Shown here: one piece after another, positions 44,170-55,954 of the stretch | Layout of the letters: the number at the start of each line of letters is the position of its first letter | How positions within the stretch are numbered: the stretch's first letter is position 1 | NCBI GenBank assembly: GCA_050949045.1 | Contig: JBMNEZ010000001.1 | Span: 1,152,001-1,216,000, forward strand | Origin: Candidatus Izemoplasmatales bacterium | GTDB taxonomy: Bacteria; Bacillota_I; Bacilli_A; Izemoplasmatales; Hujiaoplasmataceae | Direction of reading: 5' to 3' | Length of the DNA: 64,000 bases | The notes under the pieces: generated by a model | What the model was told of the DNA's origin: nothing | Seen by the model: only the letters and a program-made list of their open reading frames with translations | The model's database searches: none | Program-made: the position numbers and the translations under genes

Positions 44170-45702
44170 ATGCAGAAAATCATTGTCATCGACTATGGCA
44201 GTCAATATAATCACCTAATCTCAAGAAGAATCAGGGATCTTGGCGTTTATTCTGAATTATGGCCATCGTCTGCGCATCCGGATGCAATTCGCAATGATCC
44301 TGACATCGTCGGCATTATCTTGAGCGGCGGCCCCAAAAGCATCTCTGATGAAGATGCTAAAACCTTTGACAAGGGCCTGTTTCAATTAGATATTCCCGTT
44401 CTTGGAATTTGTTATGGAATGCATCTGATGGCTGTTATTTTCGGCGGCCTCGTCAATAAGGCAAAGACTGGAGAATTCGGCGAGCGCGAACTTATTGTAA
44501 CCGGTAAGGAATCCTTATTATTTCAAGGGGTTTCCTCGCCAACGAAAGTCTTTATGTCGCACAAGAATCAGATTGACTTGTGTCCTGAAATATTTAAGAT
44601 AACCGCGAAAACTCCCTCCTGTCCAGTCGCGGCCATAGAACATCGGGCATTGCCTTTGTATGCCGTCCAGTTTCATCCGGAAGTCGTGCATACGATCGAC
44701 GGCAACAAGTTGCTTGCAAATTTCGTGTTTTCCATCTGCAAAGCCAAAAAAAGTTGGGATATGACGCATTTTATCGACAGCGAAATCGAAAGGATCAAGG
44801 ATTGTGTCAAGGACGACAAAGTTCTTCTTGGCCTTTCAGGCGGAGTTGATTCCAGCGTCGCTGCCGCCTTGATCGCCAAGGCCGTTCCTGAGCAATTAAT
44901 CTGCATGTTCATCGATCATGGTCTATTAAGGAAGAACGAGGCCAAACTTGTCATAAAACTACTTTCTAGTAATATGAAATTGAATTTGATTCATATCGAT
45001 GCTGGCAAGCGCTTCCTCGAAGCGCTTCGGGGAGTAACCGATCCCGAAAAGAAAAGAAAGATCATCGGCGCCGAGTTTGTGAATGTCTTTGAATTCGAAT
45101 CCAAAAAACTCGGTCATTTCACCTATCTCGCACAAGGAACACTCTATACCGATGTCATCGAATCAGGAACCGCGTCAGCCAAAACCATCAAATCACATCA
45201 TAATGTCGGCGGTCTTCCCGAGAAAATGCGCTTGAAACTTCTTGAACCTTTGAACAAATTATATAAAGATGAAGTCAGGCTTCTCGGCAAAGAGTTGGGT
45301 CTTCCTGATGAAATCGTCAACCGGCAGCCCTTTCCCGGACCCGGACTCGCCATCCGGATCATCGGTGAAGTCACCGAAGAGAAGCTGGAAATCGTCAGGG
45401 AATCCGATGCCATCCTGCATGAAGAAATCCAAAGAGACGGTCTTGACAAGAAGATCTGGCAATACTTCACCGTCTTGACAGGCATCAACACCGTCGGGGT
45501 CATGGGTGATGAGCGAACCTATGACCATACCATCGCGATCAGGGCGGTATCATCTGTCGATGGGATGACCGCCGAATGGGCAATGATTCCCCATCAGACA
45601 TTGGCGCGGATTTCAAGAAGGATCGTTAACGAAGTTAAACACGTGAATCGTGTCGTCTATGATATTTCATCCAAACCACCAGCCACCATCGAGTGGGAGT
45701 AA
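44170..45702 (+). CDS. guaA: GMP synthase (glutamine-hydrolysing)
   Basis: DYGSQY, LGICYGM, QFHPEV, SGGVDS, IKSHHNVGGLP, KPPATIEWE. Confidence 0.98.
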   Translation: MQKIIVIDYGSQYNHLISRRIRDLGVYSELWPSSAHPDAIRNDPDIVGIILSGGPKSISDEDAKTFDKGLFQLDIPVLGICYGMHLMAVIFGGLVNKAKTGEFGERELIVTGKESLLFQGVSSPTKVFMSHKNQIDLCPEIFKITAKTPSCPVAAIEHRALPLYAVQFHPEVVHTIDGNKLLANFVFSICKAKKSWDMTHFIDSEIERIKDCVKDDKVLLGLSGGVDSSVAAALIAKAVPEQLICMFIDHGLLRKNEAKLVIKLLSSNMKLNLIHIDAGKRFLEALRGVTDPEKKRKIIGAEFVNVFEFESKKLGHFTYLAQGTLYTDVIESGTASAKTIKSHHNVGGLPEKMRLKLLEPLNKLYKDEVRLLGKELGLPDEIVNRQPFPGPGLAIRIIGEVTEEKLEIVRESDAILHEEIQRDGLDKKIWQYFTVLTGINTVGVMGDERTYDHTIAIRAVSSVDGMTAEWAMIPHQTLARISRRIVNEVKHVNRVVYDISSKPPATIEWE

Positions 45703-47181
<1,479 letters not shown>

Positions 47182-47213
47182 ATTTATTTAAAATATAAAC
47201 AAAAACAATAAAG

Positions 47214-47239
47214 AAAGGCGAGCCGTTTGGCTCGCCTTT
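47214..47239. terminator. Terminator between guaB and the convergent nuclease/ABC operon
   Basis: AAAGGCGAGCC-GTTT-GGCTCGCCTTT. Confidence 0.8.
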
Positions 47240-47279
47240 GCTATAAAAATATAATTTGAATTTAATACAACAATCTAAG

Positions 47280-50200
47280 TTAATCAGCTAAATATGATAA
47301 ATTAGGTGTTACTGCTTCAAAATCAGCGGCATTATCGTTAGAATCAACAAAAGCTTTTCTTTTTGCAGATTTTGAACTCGATAAAGCAGGTGCAGCAGCT
47401 GTGCCTTCATAAGCATTTGCATTTCCAAATCCAACAAAATCGACAACCGCCGGATCATCTTTTCCCGAAATTGCAGTCGCTGCGCTACCGAGAACCAGGG
47501 CAACCTTGCCGTTTGTACCGCCAAGATTAATGCTTCCTGTAATATTTGCAGTGACAGTAATGGGTTTGTCGGTAACCGTTGTTCCCGCAGCTAACACAAT
47601 TAAATAATAAGATTCTGCTCCAATGCTTCCTGTGAGGTCGAGATTGTTTGAAGTACCAAAAGTTCCGGTTGAGCTTGCATAGTGAAGCGAATATCCCACC
47701 ATTGAAACCGCCTGGGCGTTGGGATTGTAAATGACCACATAGTCATTGTTATAGGTAGCTCCAGAGTTCCCGCCACCGCCATATACTTCATAGATCATCA
47801 GAGATAATAACTCTGGCGTACCGGCTTTGATTACAGTTACATTAATGATAACCTCTTTATCGGTTGTGCCCTCTTTGGAAACCTTAATCGTTACTGTTCC
47901 GGTCTTATCGGCATCAACCGGCTGTGTCACAATCAAAGTTCCCGGAGTGGTCGTATGATCGATGCAAGCAGCCAACCCTTCGGAAACGGCCGTGACAGTG
48001 TATGTCGATCCATAAACAGGTTCAGGAACAACATAGTTGGCGCTGAGTTCCAAAGTTGCCGGCAATTTAGCTGCGTCAAGCAAAACATCCTGCTCGAGGG
48101 TTCTTTCGATTACCAAGTTAATGATGTTGAAGGCGTTTCCTTTAGTATAGAAGTTATAGAAAGTAAATTCAATCGCAGGCAATGTCGAATCAGCTGGATA
48201 AATGTCGTCAAGCCAATTATAAGTGCTGTTATTGTAGTACATTGACAACAAATATTGAGTGCTGCCATCAAGATACCAATAGAAATCAACATAATTTCCG
48301 CGATATTCCTTGACTTTCAAGCCTGCCTCGAGCGTGACGACCATGCCGGCATATACTTGGGCGTTCGCAAACTGGATAGCTTTAAGTTGGTCAATCGTCA
48401 ATTCTTTTTTAACAACATCGTTTTCGCTCGAAATAATGTGAACGAGTTTGCCATTGGATACTTGTCTTGCATCATTGTAGTCACCCAGCGTTCCTTTGGC
48501 AATTATTTTGTCACCAACCACTTGTCCCTTTAGGTCTTTGCAGTAAATGGCATAGCCATTGGCATCTTGGATAAAGGTGCCATAAGAACTGTTTGTTCCG
48601 GTAACAACACCTTGAATGTAGATTTCGCCTCCGCCGACAACTACCCAAGCGCCGGCTTCTTTCGCTGACAATGTAGCTAAATCAGTCACAATATCATGCG
48701 CTGCTACATTGATCGTATAGATTTTATTGTCGGTCAAAGGATCTCCCCCGGAAACCGCCAACGAGAACAAGGCCTTTACTTCAACTACATAAGCTTCACC
48801 TTTATATGGGTATTTGAGCTTTCCTGCGTCAATTGTGGCATAGCCGCTCAAGACTTCCCAAGTAACAGCAGTACCATAAGTGCCGGTTGCGAGCAAAACT
48901 ACTTCCGCATCTTCGTACGCGGCAGCATCAAGTCCCGCTTCTGCCATATCGGCAGCCAATTTGGCGGCGTCGGTCATCGGCAGAACAGAAACTGTAAACT
49001 GTTTTGTTTGGGCGGCTTCCCCAGTTATTGAAAGGGTTGCTGTCAAAGTATAAGTTGTAGATTCGACGACATCGGGATATTTTATTTCGCCAGTTTCAGC
49101 ATTGTATGTCGCTGTCGGGATCGCTGTCGCAACGTCCCAGACAATGGTCGACCCGAAAGTTCCGAGCAATGGTAATTCAACCGTCTGTCCCGAAGCCACT
49201 TCAAGATTAATTGCCAAAGAAGCGACGTCGGCAGCTAATTTCTCCACATTGGTCATTTTAACGATCTGCGCATTATTCATCATCGACAATTGAGCATCGT
49301 TGCCATAACGGCCGACTCCCATGCCAATAATTTTGACGGCATCGCCGACAACAAGCGTATTCAAATAAGTTTTGACTACGGCATAATTGGCGATATATTT
49401 ATCAACACGGATATTTAAATCGCTGACTCCGTCGGTGACCTTGAAGCCAAATGATGTCTGATCCGCTGTTGGAACCACCAAATCCTTGATAACAAGGTTG
49501 GGTATTGAAACTGCTTTTCCATGATGCGTCATCAAAACTTCAAGATCAAGTTCTTCCATAGAAACCGGAGCGGGTATCTCGTTGTTCGAGGAAACAAGCG
49601 TTACTTGTTGGGCAGGACTTATTTGCACGGATTGCTCGTAAACATCGATTTTGCCCAATATCAATAGTTTGTCACCGGCAACGATGGGATCTTTGTATAC
49701 GTTTGCCGGTATGAAATAGATGTATATCCCGGCCGTTTCATCCTGAATGAAGATTTGCGTTCCGCCAGCGACGGTGACGATGCCTTCAATCAGCACTTGT
49801 TCGCCTTTGGCTTTTGTTCTTGCTTCGGCAATCGAAGTCTGGACGATTTCCTCTTCGACGGCGATGACGCGGATCGTCTTTTCAATTTCGACTTCGACAC
49901 CTCCGATTGAAAGTTTAGCAGTCAAAGTGACGCTGGTGTCAACTCCGCCATCACTGGCAACCGGTCTTTTGATTGTGATCTTGTAACTTCCTTCCACTGC
50001 TTCAGCTGCAACTTCCGCAATCGTCGGATGGCTGGACTGCCAAGTGATCGTTGCGCCTTGTAAAGCGGCCGGAAGATTGAAATCAACAGTGATGCTATCA
50101 GAACTGTTGATGATGATCATCGCACCCAATCTATTTAGGAAAGATTCAGCGCTTTCTTCTAATACGACCACGGTGAAATCACGGTACAAAGACGTTCTTC

Positions 50201-50627
50201 CCAATAAAGTGGCTGTCGCTCTCAAGGTGGCCGTTGCGTTTCCTTGTCCATACTGCGGGACGGTGATCTCGCCTTGGTTTGTCACAACATCAGGATCAGT
50301 CGTAGTCCACACCACATTAATGCTCGAAACGACTGGTGTGGTTAGGTTCAAATCCTCTGTAACAGCAGCGAGGTTTCCTAAATCGATAGCGTCAAGAAAC
50401 GACTGGAGTACGGCTTCATCCGACATTGCAGTTGTCGTCGGGGTCTTGGTCGTTGTCGGGGTCTTGGTCGTTGTCGACAAAATTCCTGCGGACGTCGAAA
50501 TAGCGGTTGTTGTGTCTCTCGGGCCCGCGGTTGTTGTCGTCGCTGCGGTCGTTAATGCTTCACAACCGGCAAAGACAAATGCCATAATCAGAAATAGCCC
50601 AAAGAATACTAATTTCTTCAATCTCAT
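47280..50627 (-). CDS. Large surface lipoprotein with Ig-like repeats, OB-fold domains and a C-terminal lamin-tail domain
   Basis: Lipobox FAGC, Thr-rich linker, repeated LP....G.TI.W...LTA modules, IEGIVT..FIQDETAGIYIY and IQGVVT..FIQDANG OB-like blocks, IYEVYGGGGNSGATYNNDYVVIYNP LTD motif. Confidence 0.82.
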   Translation of the reverse strand: MRLKKLVFFGLFLIMAFVFAGCEALTTAATTTTAGPRDTTTAISTSAGILSTTTKTPTTTKTPTTTAMSDEAVLQSFLDAIDLGNLAAVTEDLNLTTPVVSSINVVWTTTDPDVVTNQGEITVPQYGQGNATATLRATATLLGRTSLYRDFTVVVLEESAESFLNRLGAMIIINSSDSITVDFNLPAALQGATITWQSSHPTIAEVAAEAVEGSYKITIKRPVASDGGVDTSVTLTAKLSIGGVEVEIEKTIRVIAVEEEIVQTSIAEARTKAKGEQVLIEGIVTVAGGTQIFIQDETAGIYIYFIPANVYKDPIVAGDKLLILGKIDVYEQSVQISPAQQVTLVSSNNEIPAPVSMEELDLEVLMTHHGKAVSIPNLVIKDLVVPTADQTSFGFKVTDGVSDLNIRVDKYIANYAVVKTYLNTLVVGDAVKIIGMGVGRYGNDAQLSMMNNAQIVKMTNVEKLAADVASLAINLEVASGQTVELPLLGTFGSTIVWDVATAIPTATYNAETGEIKYPDVVESTTYTLTATLSITGEAAQTKQFTVSVLPMTDAAKLAADMAEAGLDAAAYEDAEVVLLATGTYGTAVTWEVLSGYATIDAGKLKYPYKGEAYVVEVKALFSLAVSGGDPLTDNKIYTINVAAHDIVTDLATLSAKEAGAWVVVGGGEIYIQGVVTGTNSSYGTFIQDANGYAIYCKDLKGQVVGDKIIAKGTLGDYNDARQVSNGKLVHIISSENDVVKKELTIDQLKAIQFANAQVYAGMVVTLEAGLKVKEYRGNYVDFYWYLDGSTQYLLSMYYNNSTYNWLDDIYPADSTLPAIEFTFYNFYTKGNAFNIINLVIERTLEQDVLLDAAKLPATLELSANYVVPEPVYGSTYTVTAVSEGLAACIDHTTTPGTLIVTQPVDADKTGTVTIKVSKEGTTDKEVIINVTVIKAGTPELLSLMIYEVYGGGGNSGATYNNDYVVIYNPNAQAVSMVGYSLHYASSTGTFGTSNNLDLTGSIGAESYYLIVLAAGTTVTDKPITVTANITGSINLGGTNGKVALVLGSAATAISGKDDPAVVDFVGFGNANAYEGTAAAPALSSSKSAKRKAFVDSNDNAADFEAVTPNLSYLAD

Positions 50628-50672
50628 TTTATTATTACCCTCCTAATTATTTTATCTATCAAATCAATCGAT

Positions 50673-52256
50673 TTAATCGCCATTGATTTTTGTTATATCT
50701 TGCTGATCCGCAAGCATAACTTGGTACTTGCTTTTGTCATAAACATAATTTGGATTGGTTCCATCATAATCGTAATCATAGTAACTTAATGGCCCAATGA
50801 CATCGATGGCGTCTCCCACCTTGAGTCCCAATGCTTCCAGCGTGATCAGGGTTGAGTCATCAATTCTGATCGTTATGGTATTGTTGTTGCCGTCACGAAC
50901 TTTTATAGTCGCTCCGGAAGCACCGGTATATAAACTCGTGACAGTCAGGTTTTCGAATTTGACCAGACTGCCTATTTTAGAAAAAGTAAGATCGTTGTAG
51001 GTGATCACTCTTGGCACAACAAGAGACCCTGGGGCGTTGACAAACAATTGCTTTGTCGAGAAATTGGTTAGTTGCGGGCTACCGCTGTAATAAGTGGGCA
51101 CCATTCCGCCAAAGGTAAGGTTGGCGCCGACGACCAATTGGGCAGAACTCGTGAATCCGGTGTAGATATAAACACCGTAACCATCATCATCTTGAAGGTA
51201 GACATGGCTTCCGACTTTGCGGCTGATCGTTCCGGTGACGGTTACTTTGAGTCCGACATATTCTTCAAAGTTCTCGACCAGATACCGAATCGTCATTTGC
51301 GAGCCTTCTTTGCTATAGTCGTACTCGGGATCGATTTCGCCCCAAACCCGCCTTTTTGTCTGCATAGCGTCTCCATTGGCTCTCGACAGAACTTCGTTGA
51401 ATCTAGATCCACTTGCAACTTTGTTTTTTGAATAGGCAAGTTCAACCAATTCCAAATTGAGCAACACGAAATCGCTATTGGCACTATTGCGATACCAAAC
51501 CCAGGCGAGATAACGGCCGTTGTTGTCGGTGCGTTCGCCTTCGGCTTGTAAAACAATCGTCTCTGCGTTTCTGAGTTTGTTTTCCGTGTATCTCGCAGCG
51601 GCCTTTCCCCATGGTTCATATAGGGCTGTTGATTCTGGGGTATCGATGCCGAGATATCTGACCGAGATTGATTGCCTTCCGACATTGAACCAAGTCGTAT
51701 CGCCGTCAATATAGCGATCGGTCGTGACAACACCGATGCCATCGGCGATGAAATCCTTGCCATTGTAGTCTGCTTCCACGAGTTGCAATGGCTTGCCAAG
51801 CGAGTCTTTGTACTCATCAAGGTCATAGATGTATTTGGCTTCAATTGAAAGCGGCGAAGTATAAACCCGCACTTCTGTTCCGAGTTCAACAGGATCGCCT
51901 GACTTGAGATTGGAACCAAAACGGATGAATTTGTCATAATCATCTTCGCTATCAAAAACACTCGAAATATCAAAGTAATACTTGACAGTGAGTCCAAGCC
52001 CTTCGAGGATTTCCGTTATTTCAGATCGCGACTTGCCTTCAAGATCGGGTAACGTAATTTGATTGCTAGTAGTTAATTGAACGGTGGTCGGAGCTTCGAT
52101 CGTAGTCGAAGCCGCGGTTGTTATCAAAGAGGTTGGAGCTTCGGTTGTCGGCTGAGCAGTTGTTGGCAGTGTTGTCGAAAGATTCTCGCAAGCAATCAAA
52201 AACAAAAGCAAAGGCATTGCAAAGATTAGTCTAAACAATTTGGGCATTGGGATCAT
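50673..52256 (-). CDS. Thermonuclease (SNase) lipoprotein with PASTA-like and OB domains
   Basis: Lipobox LIAC; LPDLEGKS PASTA-like; IDGDT, VRYLGIDTPE, GRYLAWVW and LNLELV show an intact SNase active site; start may be 52247. Confidence 0.9.
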   Translation of the reverse strand: MIPMPKLFRLIFAMPLLLFLIACENLSTTLPTTAQPTTEAPTSLITTAASTTIEAPTTVQLTTSNQITLPDLEGKSRSEITEILEGLGLTVKYYFDISSVFDSEDDYDKFIRFGSNLKSGDPVELGTEVRVYTSPLSIEAKYIYDLDEYKDSLGKPLQLVEADYNGKDFIADGIGVVTTDRYIDGDTTWFNVGRQSISVRYLGIDTPESTALYEPWGKAAARYTENKLRNAETIVLQAEGERTDNNGRYLAWVWYRNSANSDFVLLNLELVELAYSKNKVASGSRFNEVLSRANGDAMQTKRRVWGEIDPEYDYSKEGSQMTIRYLVENFEEYVGLKVTVTGTISRKVGSHVYLQDDDGYGVYIYTGFTSSAQLVVGANLTFGGMVPTYYSGSPQLTNFSTKQLFVNAPGSLVVPRVITYNDLTFSKIGSLVKFENLTVTSLYTGASGATIKVRDGNNNTITIRIDDSTLITLEALGLKVGDAIDVIGPLSYYDYDYDGTNPNYVYDKSKYQVMLADQQDITKINGD

Positions 52257-52290
52257 TCCTTATAATCTATAATTGGCAAAGAGGAGTTCA

Positions 52291-54051
52291 TCAGTTGAAT
52301 ATCAGAGTGCTGACCATTACCTCCAATGCCTTTTCGGGACCAAAGTCTGGTGAATAGAGGTTTTCAAGACATATCCCGGCCTCATCTCTGGCTGTTGCTG
52401 AACTGGCGTTATTGATGCTAGCAGGGAAAGCCGGATCATAACGGCTGGCGTCAATTTGATATGCTGCTATGTTCGCAACCATCGAACTGTGGAGATAGTC
52501 GATCTTTTCCGGATCTTGACTCCAGTCGACTACTCCGTCGTTTGCCCAATATTCCTGAGCGATGCCAAGAAAATCCTTATAAGAAATACTGAAGGACCCT
52601 GTTAGTTGAATCTTTGCATCGGTCGTGTAAGATGACTGTCTTACCGGGAGATAACCGGTATCCATTGCCCATCTGGCACTATTTTCAGTGGTTGTAAGCC
52701 ACTTGATCAACAGCCAGGCAAACAATTTCTCATTACTTGAAGCGTTGCTGAAGATACAAATGTTTGGACCTTGCTGAACCACAGATTTTGAACCGGTGAA
52801 ATTAAGTTGTGTTCCGCCGGCGTCAAGGGTTACCGGAGTGTTGTTTTCAAGAACCGCTTGCGGAACACCAATGAAATCAACATCGAAAATTCCAAATTTC
52901 AGGTTTTTAATATCGTCCGCGGTAGAAGGAATGTTAAAACTGACGCCTGCGCTTGATCCAACTGTCATGCAGACTTCGCCATATTTGAAATATGTCGATC
53001 CGTAATCTGAGTTCCATTCGGTTGGTAAAACAAATGTTCTTCTAGTAAACATCGCTTCAAAATACGTTAGCATATTTTTTGTGGTTTGATTGTTAATCAA
53101 TATTTGTCCCTGAGCGTTTGTATAAGGAGCGTTCAGTTGGCGACTAACATTGATAAATGTATTTCCGGATGAATCATAGTTCAACAAGAACTTGCATTTC
53201 TTGTTAGCGACATCTACAGTTTTGTTGTCGGTGACAAGAATGGGTGTGAGTGCCTGGAGTTGCGCAAAGGTCAAAGGAGTTTCATGATCAAGAAAACCGT
53301 TATCGGAAATATTGATCCCGAGCTCGCGAATTTCTGAAACATGATGTTTGAGAACAGTGCGATTGACGGCAGCGGTTTCTGTTGATTTTGAATACGGAAG
53401 CGAATAATAATAACCGCCGGGATATTGGTTGTTCTCTTTAAGGTAAGGATCGATAAAATCCTCAATGTCAAGTGCAACTTCCACCATTTCACCATATAGG
53501 GTCGATGTTGGGTCGGTGATTTCATAAACAACGTTGCTGTTGATGTAGTTATCCAATTTCTGAACAGCTTTGGCAGTAAGGTAAGTAGCCACATGGTCAG
53601 GATATGCCAACGCTAGTGTTGGAGCCTGTCCGACCATGATCGCCCCATTGATGGTGTCGCGTAGTGTCGGATAATTTGACTGAGAAGTGGAAACAACAGT
53701 CACATTCGGATACATCTTTTCGAACTCATCGATCAATTCATCCAAAAGTGCTGATTTGCCTGCCCCAAAAATGTGCCAAAAGTTGATTTCGACTTCTTCG
53801 TCAGGAAGATCAAGATATACTCGTTGATCAGCAGTTGTGGCAGTACCCGGCGAGATGGTTGTTGTTGAGGGAGTCTGACCGCTGTAAGTCGTTGAGGGCG
53901 TCTGACCACTGTAAGTCGTAGTGATCGGGTCTTGATTAGTCGTGATTGACTGATCTGCAGTAATCGGCGCTTCCGTTGTGACCACAGTAACGCCACAACC
54001 AAACATGAATGTAAAGAGCATTGCTACGAAAAGAACAAGTAGTTTTTTCAT
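52291..54051 (-). CDS. ABC transporter solute-binding lipoprotein (family 1)
   Basis: Lipobox MFGC, INFWH, P....AYPDHVA.Y, YSLPYSKSTE, QQGPNI, TGYLPVR. Confidence 0.88.
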   Translation of the reverse strand: MKKLLVLFVAMLFTFMFGCGVTVVTTEAPITADQSITTNQDPITTTYSGQTPSTTYSGQTPSTTTISPGTATTADQRVYLDLPDEEVEINFWHIFGAGKSALLDELIDEFEKMYPNVTVVSTSQSNYPTLRDTINGAIMVGQAPTLALAYPDHVATYLTAKAVQKLDNYINSNVVYEITDPTSTLYGEMVEVALDIEDFIDPYLKENNQYPGGYYYSLPYSKSTETAAVNRTVLKHHVSEIRELGINISDNGFLDHETPLTFAQLQALTPILVTDNKTVDVANKKCKFLLNYDSSGNTFINVSRQLNAPYTNAQGQILINNQTTKNMLTYFEAMFTRRTFVLPTEWNSDYGSTYFKYGEVCMTVGSSAGVSFNIPSTADDIKNLKFGIFDVDFIGVPQAVLENNTPVTLDAGGTQLNFTGSKSVVQQGPNICIFSNASSNEKLFAWLLIKWLTTTENSARWAMDTGYLPVRQSSYTTDAKIQLTGSFSISYKDFLGIAQEYWANDGVVDWSQDPEKIDYLHSSMVANIAAYQIDASRYDPAFPASINNASSATARDEAGICLENLYSPDFGPEKALEVMVSTLIFN

Positions 54052-54096
54052 ATTTTCCTCCAGTACTAGTATTTATATATATCAAATATAGAATTA

Positions 54097-55029
54097 TTAA
54101 CCCTTGATTCCGCTTCTTGATACGCCTCTCATGATCTGTTTGCGGAAAGTGAAGAAGATCAACAGCACGGGAATCGTGACTAAAACCGCAGCTGCCATTT
54201 GTTGGCCAAAGTCGGTTCTGCCGGTGCTGGTATCGGTGAACGCGCCACGAAGGCCATTGCTAACAAGCCGGTACGCATCTTTGGTCGTCACCATTTGAGG
54301 CCAAATGTAAGCATTCCAAGCTCCCATTGAATTCAAAATGACAATCGTGACGATTGTCGGCATCGCCACGGGAACCATTATCTTCCAGAGATATTGGAAG
54401 TCGGTCGTTCCGTCGACTTTTGCCGCAAAATAGAGCTCATTGGGAACTTGTTTGAAAGTTTGCCTGAGATAGAAAGTGTAAAAGACGCTTGTCATAAACG
54501 GAATTGTCATCGCCAGGATCGCATCGGAATAAGTCTGGTTGAAGATATCATACCATCCGAGTTTGTAAACCGTCAGAAAGTTTGTCAGAATGAAGATTTC
54601 TCCCGGAATCATCATTGTCGACAACAGAATCGCAAAAACAATATCCCGCCCCTTAAAATTCAACCTGGCAAACGCATACGCGGCCAGTATCGTCGTCAAA
54701 GTCGTTCCAATGGTTGTAATGATTGAAACCAAAACCGTGTTTCCCATATAGGTAAAGAATGGAAACAGCGGTTCCCCACGTCTCGGGCCGCTTGGCACAA
54801 GTTCAAAAAGCAAGCGATAGTTGTTGATTTGCCATTCGGAAGGTTTTAAAAATATAATCGGCGGAACCTGTTCGATCATTATCTGGGTTTTTAAAGAAGT
54901 GAGAATCATCCAGTAGAAGGGAATTAAAACCGAGATGGTGACGATTCCCAAAAAGATATAGACACCAATGGTGAACAGGATTTTTTTTGTTTTGTAAGAT
55001 TTTTCGTTCTTTACGAATACTTCTGCCAT
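54097..55029 (-). CDS. CUT1-type ABC permease (MalG/UgpE-like)
   Basis: PFYWMILTSLK, AAYAFARL.F.GR, EAA-like ELYFAAKVDG, WNAYIWP. Confidence 0.92.
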   Translation of the reverse strand: MAEVFVKNEKSYKTKKILFTIGVYIFLGIVTISVLIPFYWMILTSLKTQIMIEQVPPIIFLKPSEWQINNYRLLFELVPSGPRRGEPLFPFFTYMGNTVLVSIITTIGTTLTTILAAYAFARLNFKGRDIVFAILLSTMMIPGEIFILTNFLTVYKLGWYDIFNQTYSDAILAMTIPFMTSVFYTFYLRQTFKQVPNELYFAAKVDGTTDFQYLWKIMVPVAMPTIVTIVILNSMGAWNAYIWPQMVTTKDAYRLVSNGLRGAFTDTSTGRTDFGQQMAAAVLVTIPVLLIFFTFRKQIMRGVSRSGIKG

Positions 55030-55045
55030 TTTGTCCACCCCCCTC

Positions 55046-55948
55046 TTAATAATGGACCCGTTTTCTGCTTATAATTGCCTGCAGGCCGGAAAAGACGAGG
55101 GTTATCACAAATAAAGTGACAGCCGCTGCGGCTGCGTAACTATAATAGCCAATATTGAAATATTGGGCGCGATACTGATAGACAAAAGCGACGATTGTGA
55201 TCATGTCGCGGGGCTTGCCGCCCAAAGATTCGCCGAAGAGTCCGATTACTGAGTTATATGCCTTGAGTGCTCCGATCATCGAGGTGATCGAAATATAAAG
55301 GATCAAAGGCGATAGCAGGGGAACAGTAATTCTCTTGAAGACGGTCGATCTTGTCGCCGCATCGATTTTCGCGGCATCGTAATATTGTTTGTCAATGTTG
55401 GTAAGCCCGCTGGCGAATACAAGAATCTTGAACGCCAGACTGTCCCAAATTGTAAAAATCAAGAGCGCAGTCATTTGCCTGCCCCAAGTTGCGGTGCTGC
55501 CGATCCAATCGTATGGCTCAATGCCAAACCAACTCAAAAAAGCATTGAAAAGACCGTGGTTCTTATGGAAAATGACCGCAAACGCCATGCCAACCGCAAT
55601 GCCGTTGGTCACATACGGCAGGAAGAACACGGTCTGAAAAAAGGCTTTGACTTTGGGAATGGAATTCAAAGCGACCGCAATTAGCAATGATAAGATGATT
55701 GATAACGGAACCGAAATAAAAGCCAGTACGAATGTGTTTTTGAGCGCAGCTTTGAAATAATACTGATTCCAGACAAAAGTGTAATTATTGAATGTCAATC
55801 CCGCATAACGTTGGTTTAAAAGCGGTTGATAGCCTTTATAGAATGAAATAACAAAGGCATTCACCAACGGATAAAAAATGAAGACAATCATCAGGATGAG
55901 CATTGGTGCGAGATAGAGCCATGCTCTCCAGTTGTTTTTCTTTTCCAT
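55046..55948 (-). CDS. CUT1-type ABC permease (MalF/UgpA-like)
   Basis: LYLAP, ALKNT, FFLPYVT, YYDAAKIDAA, ITVPLLSP. Confidence 0.92.
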   Translation of the reverse strand: MEKKNNWRAWLYLAPMLILMIVFIFYPLVNAFVISFYKGYQPLLNQRYAGLTFNNYTFVWNQYYFKAALKNTFVLAFISVPLSIILSLLIAVALNSIPKVKAFFQTVFFLPYVTNGIAVGMAFAVIFHKNHGLFNAFLSWFGIEPYDWIGSTATWGRQMTALLIFTIWDSLAFKILVFASGLTNIDKQYYDAAKIDAATRSTVFKRITVPLLSPLILYISITSMIGALKAYNSVIGLFGESLGGKPRDMITIVAFVYQYRAQYFNIGYYSYAAAAAVTLFVITLVFSGLQAIISRKRVHY

Positions 55949-55954
55949 AGGCCG

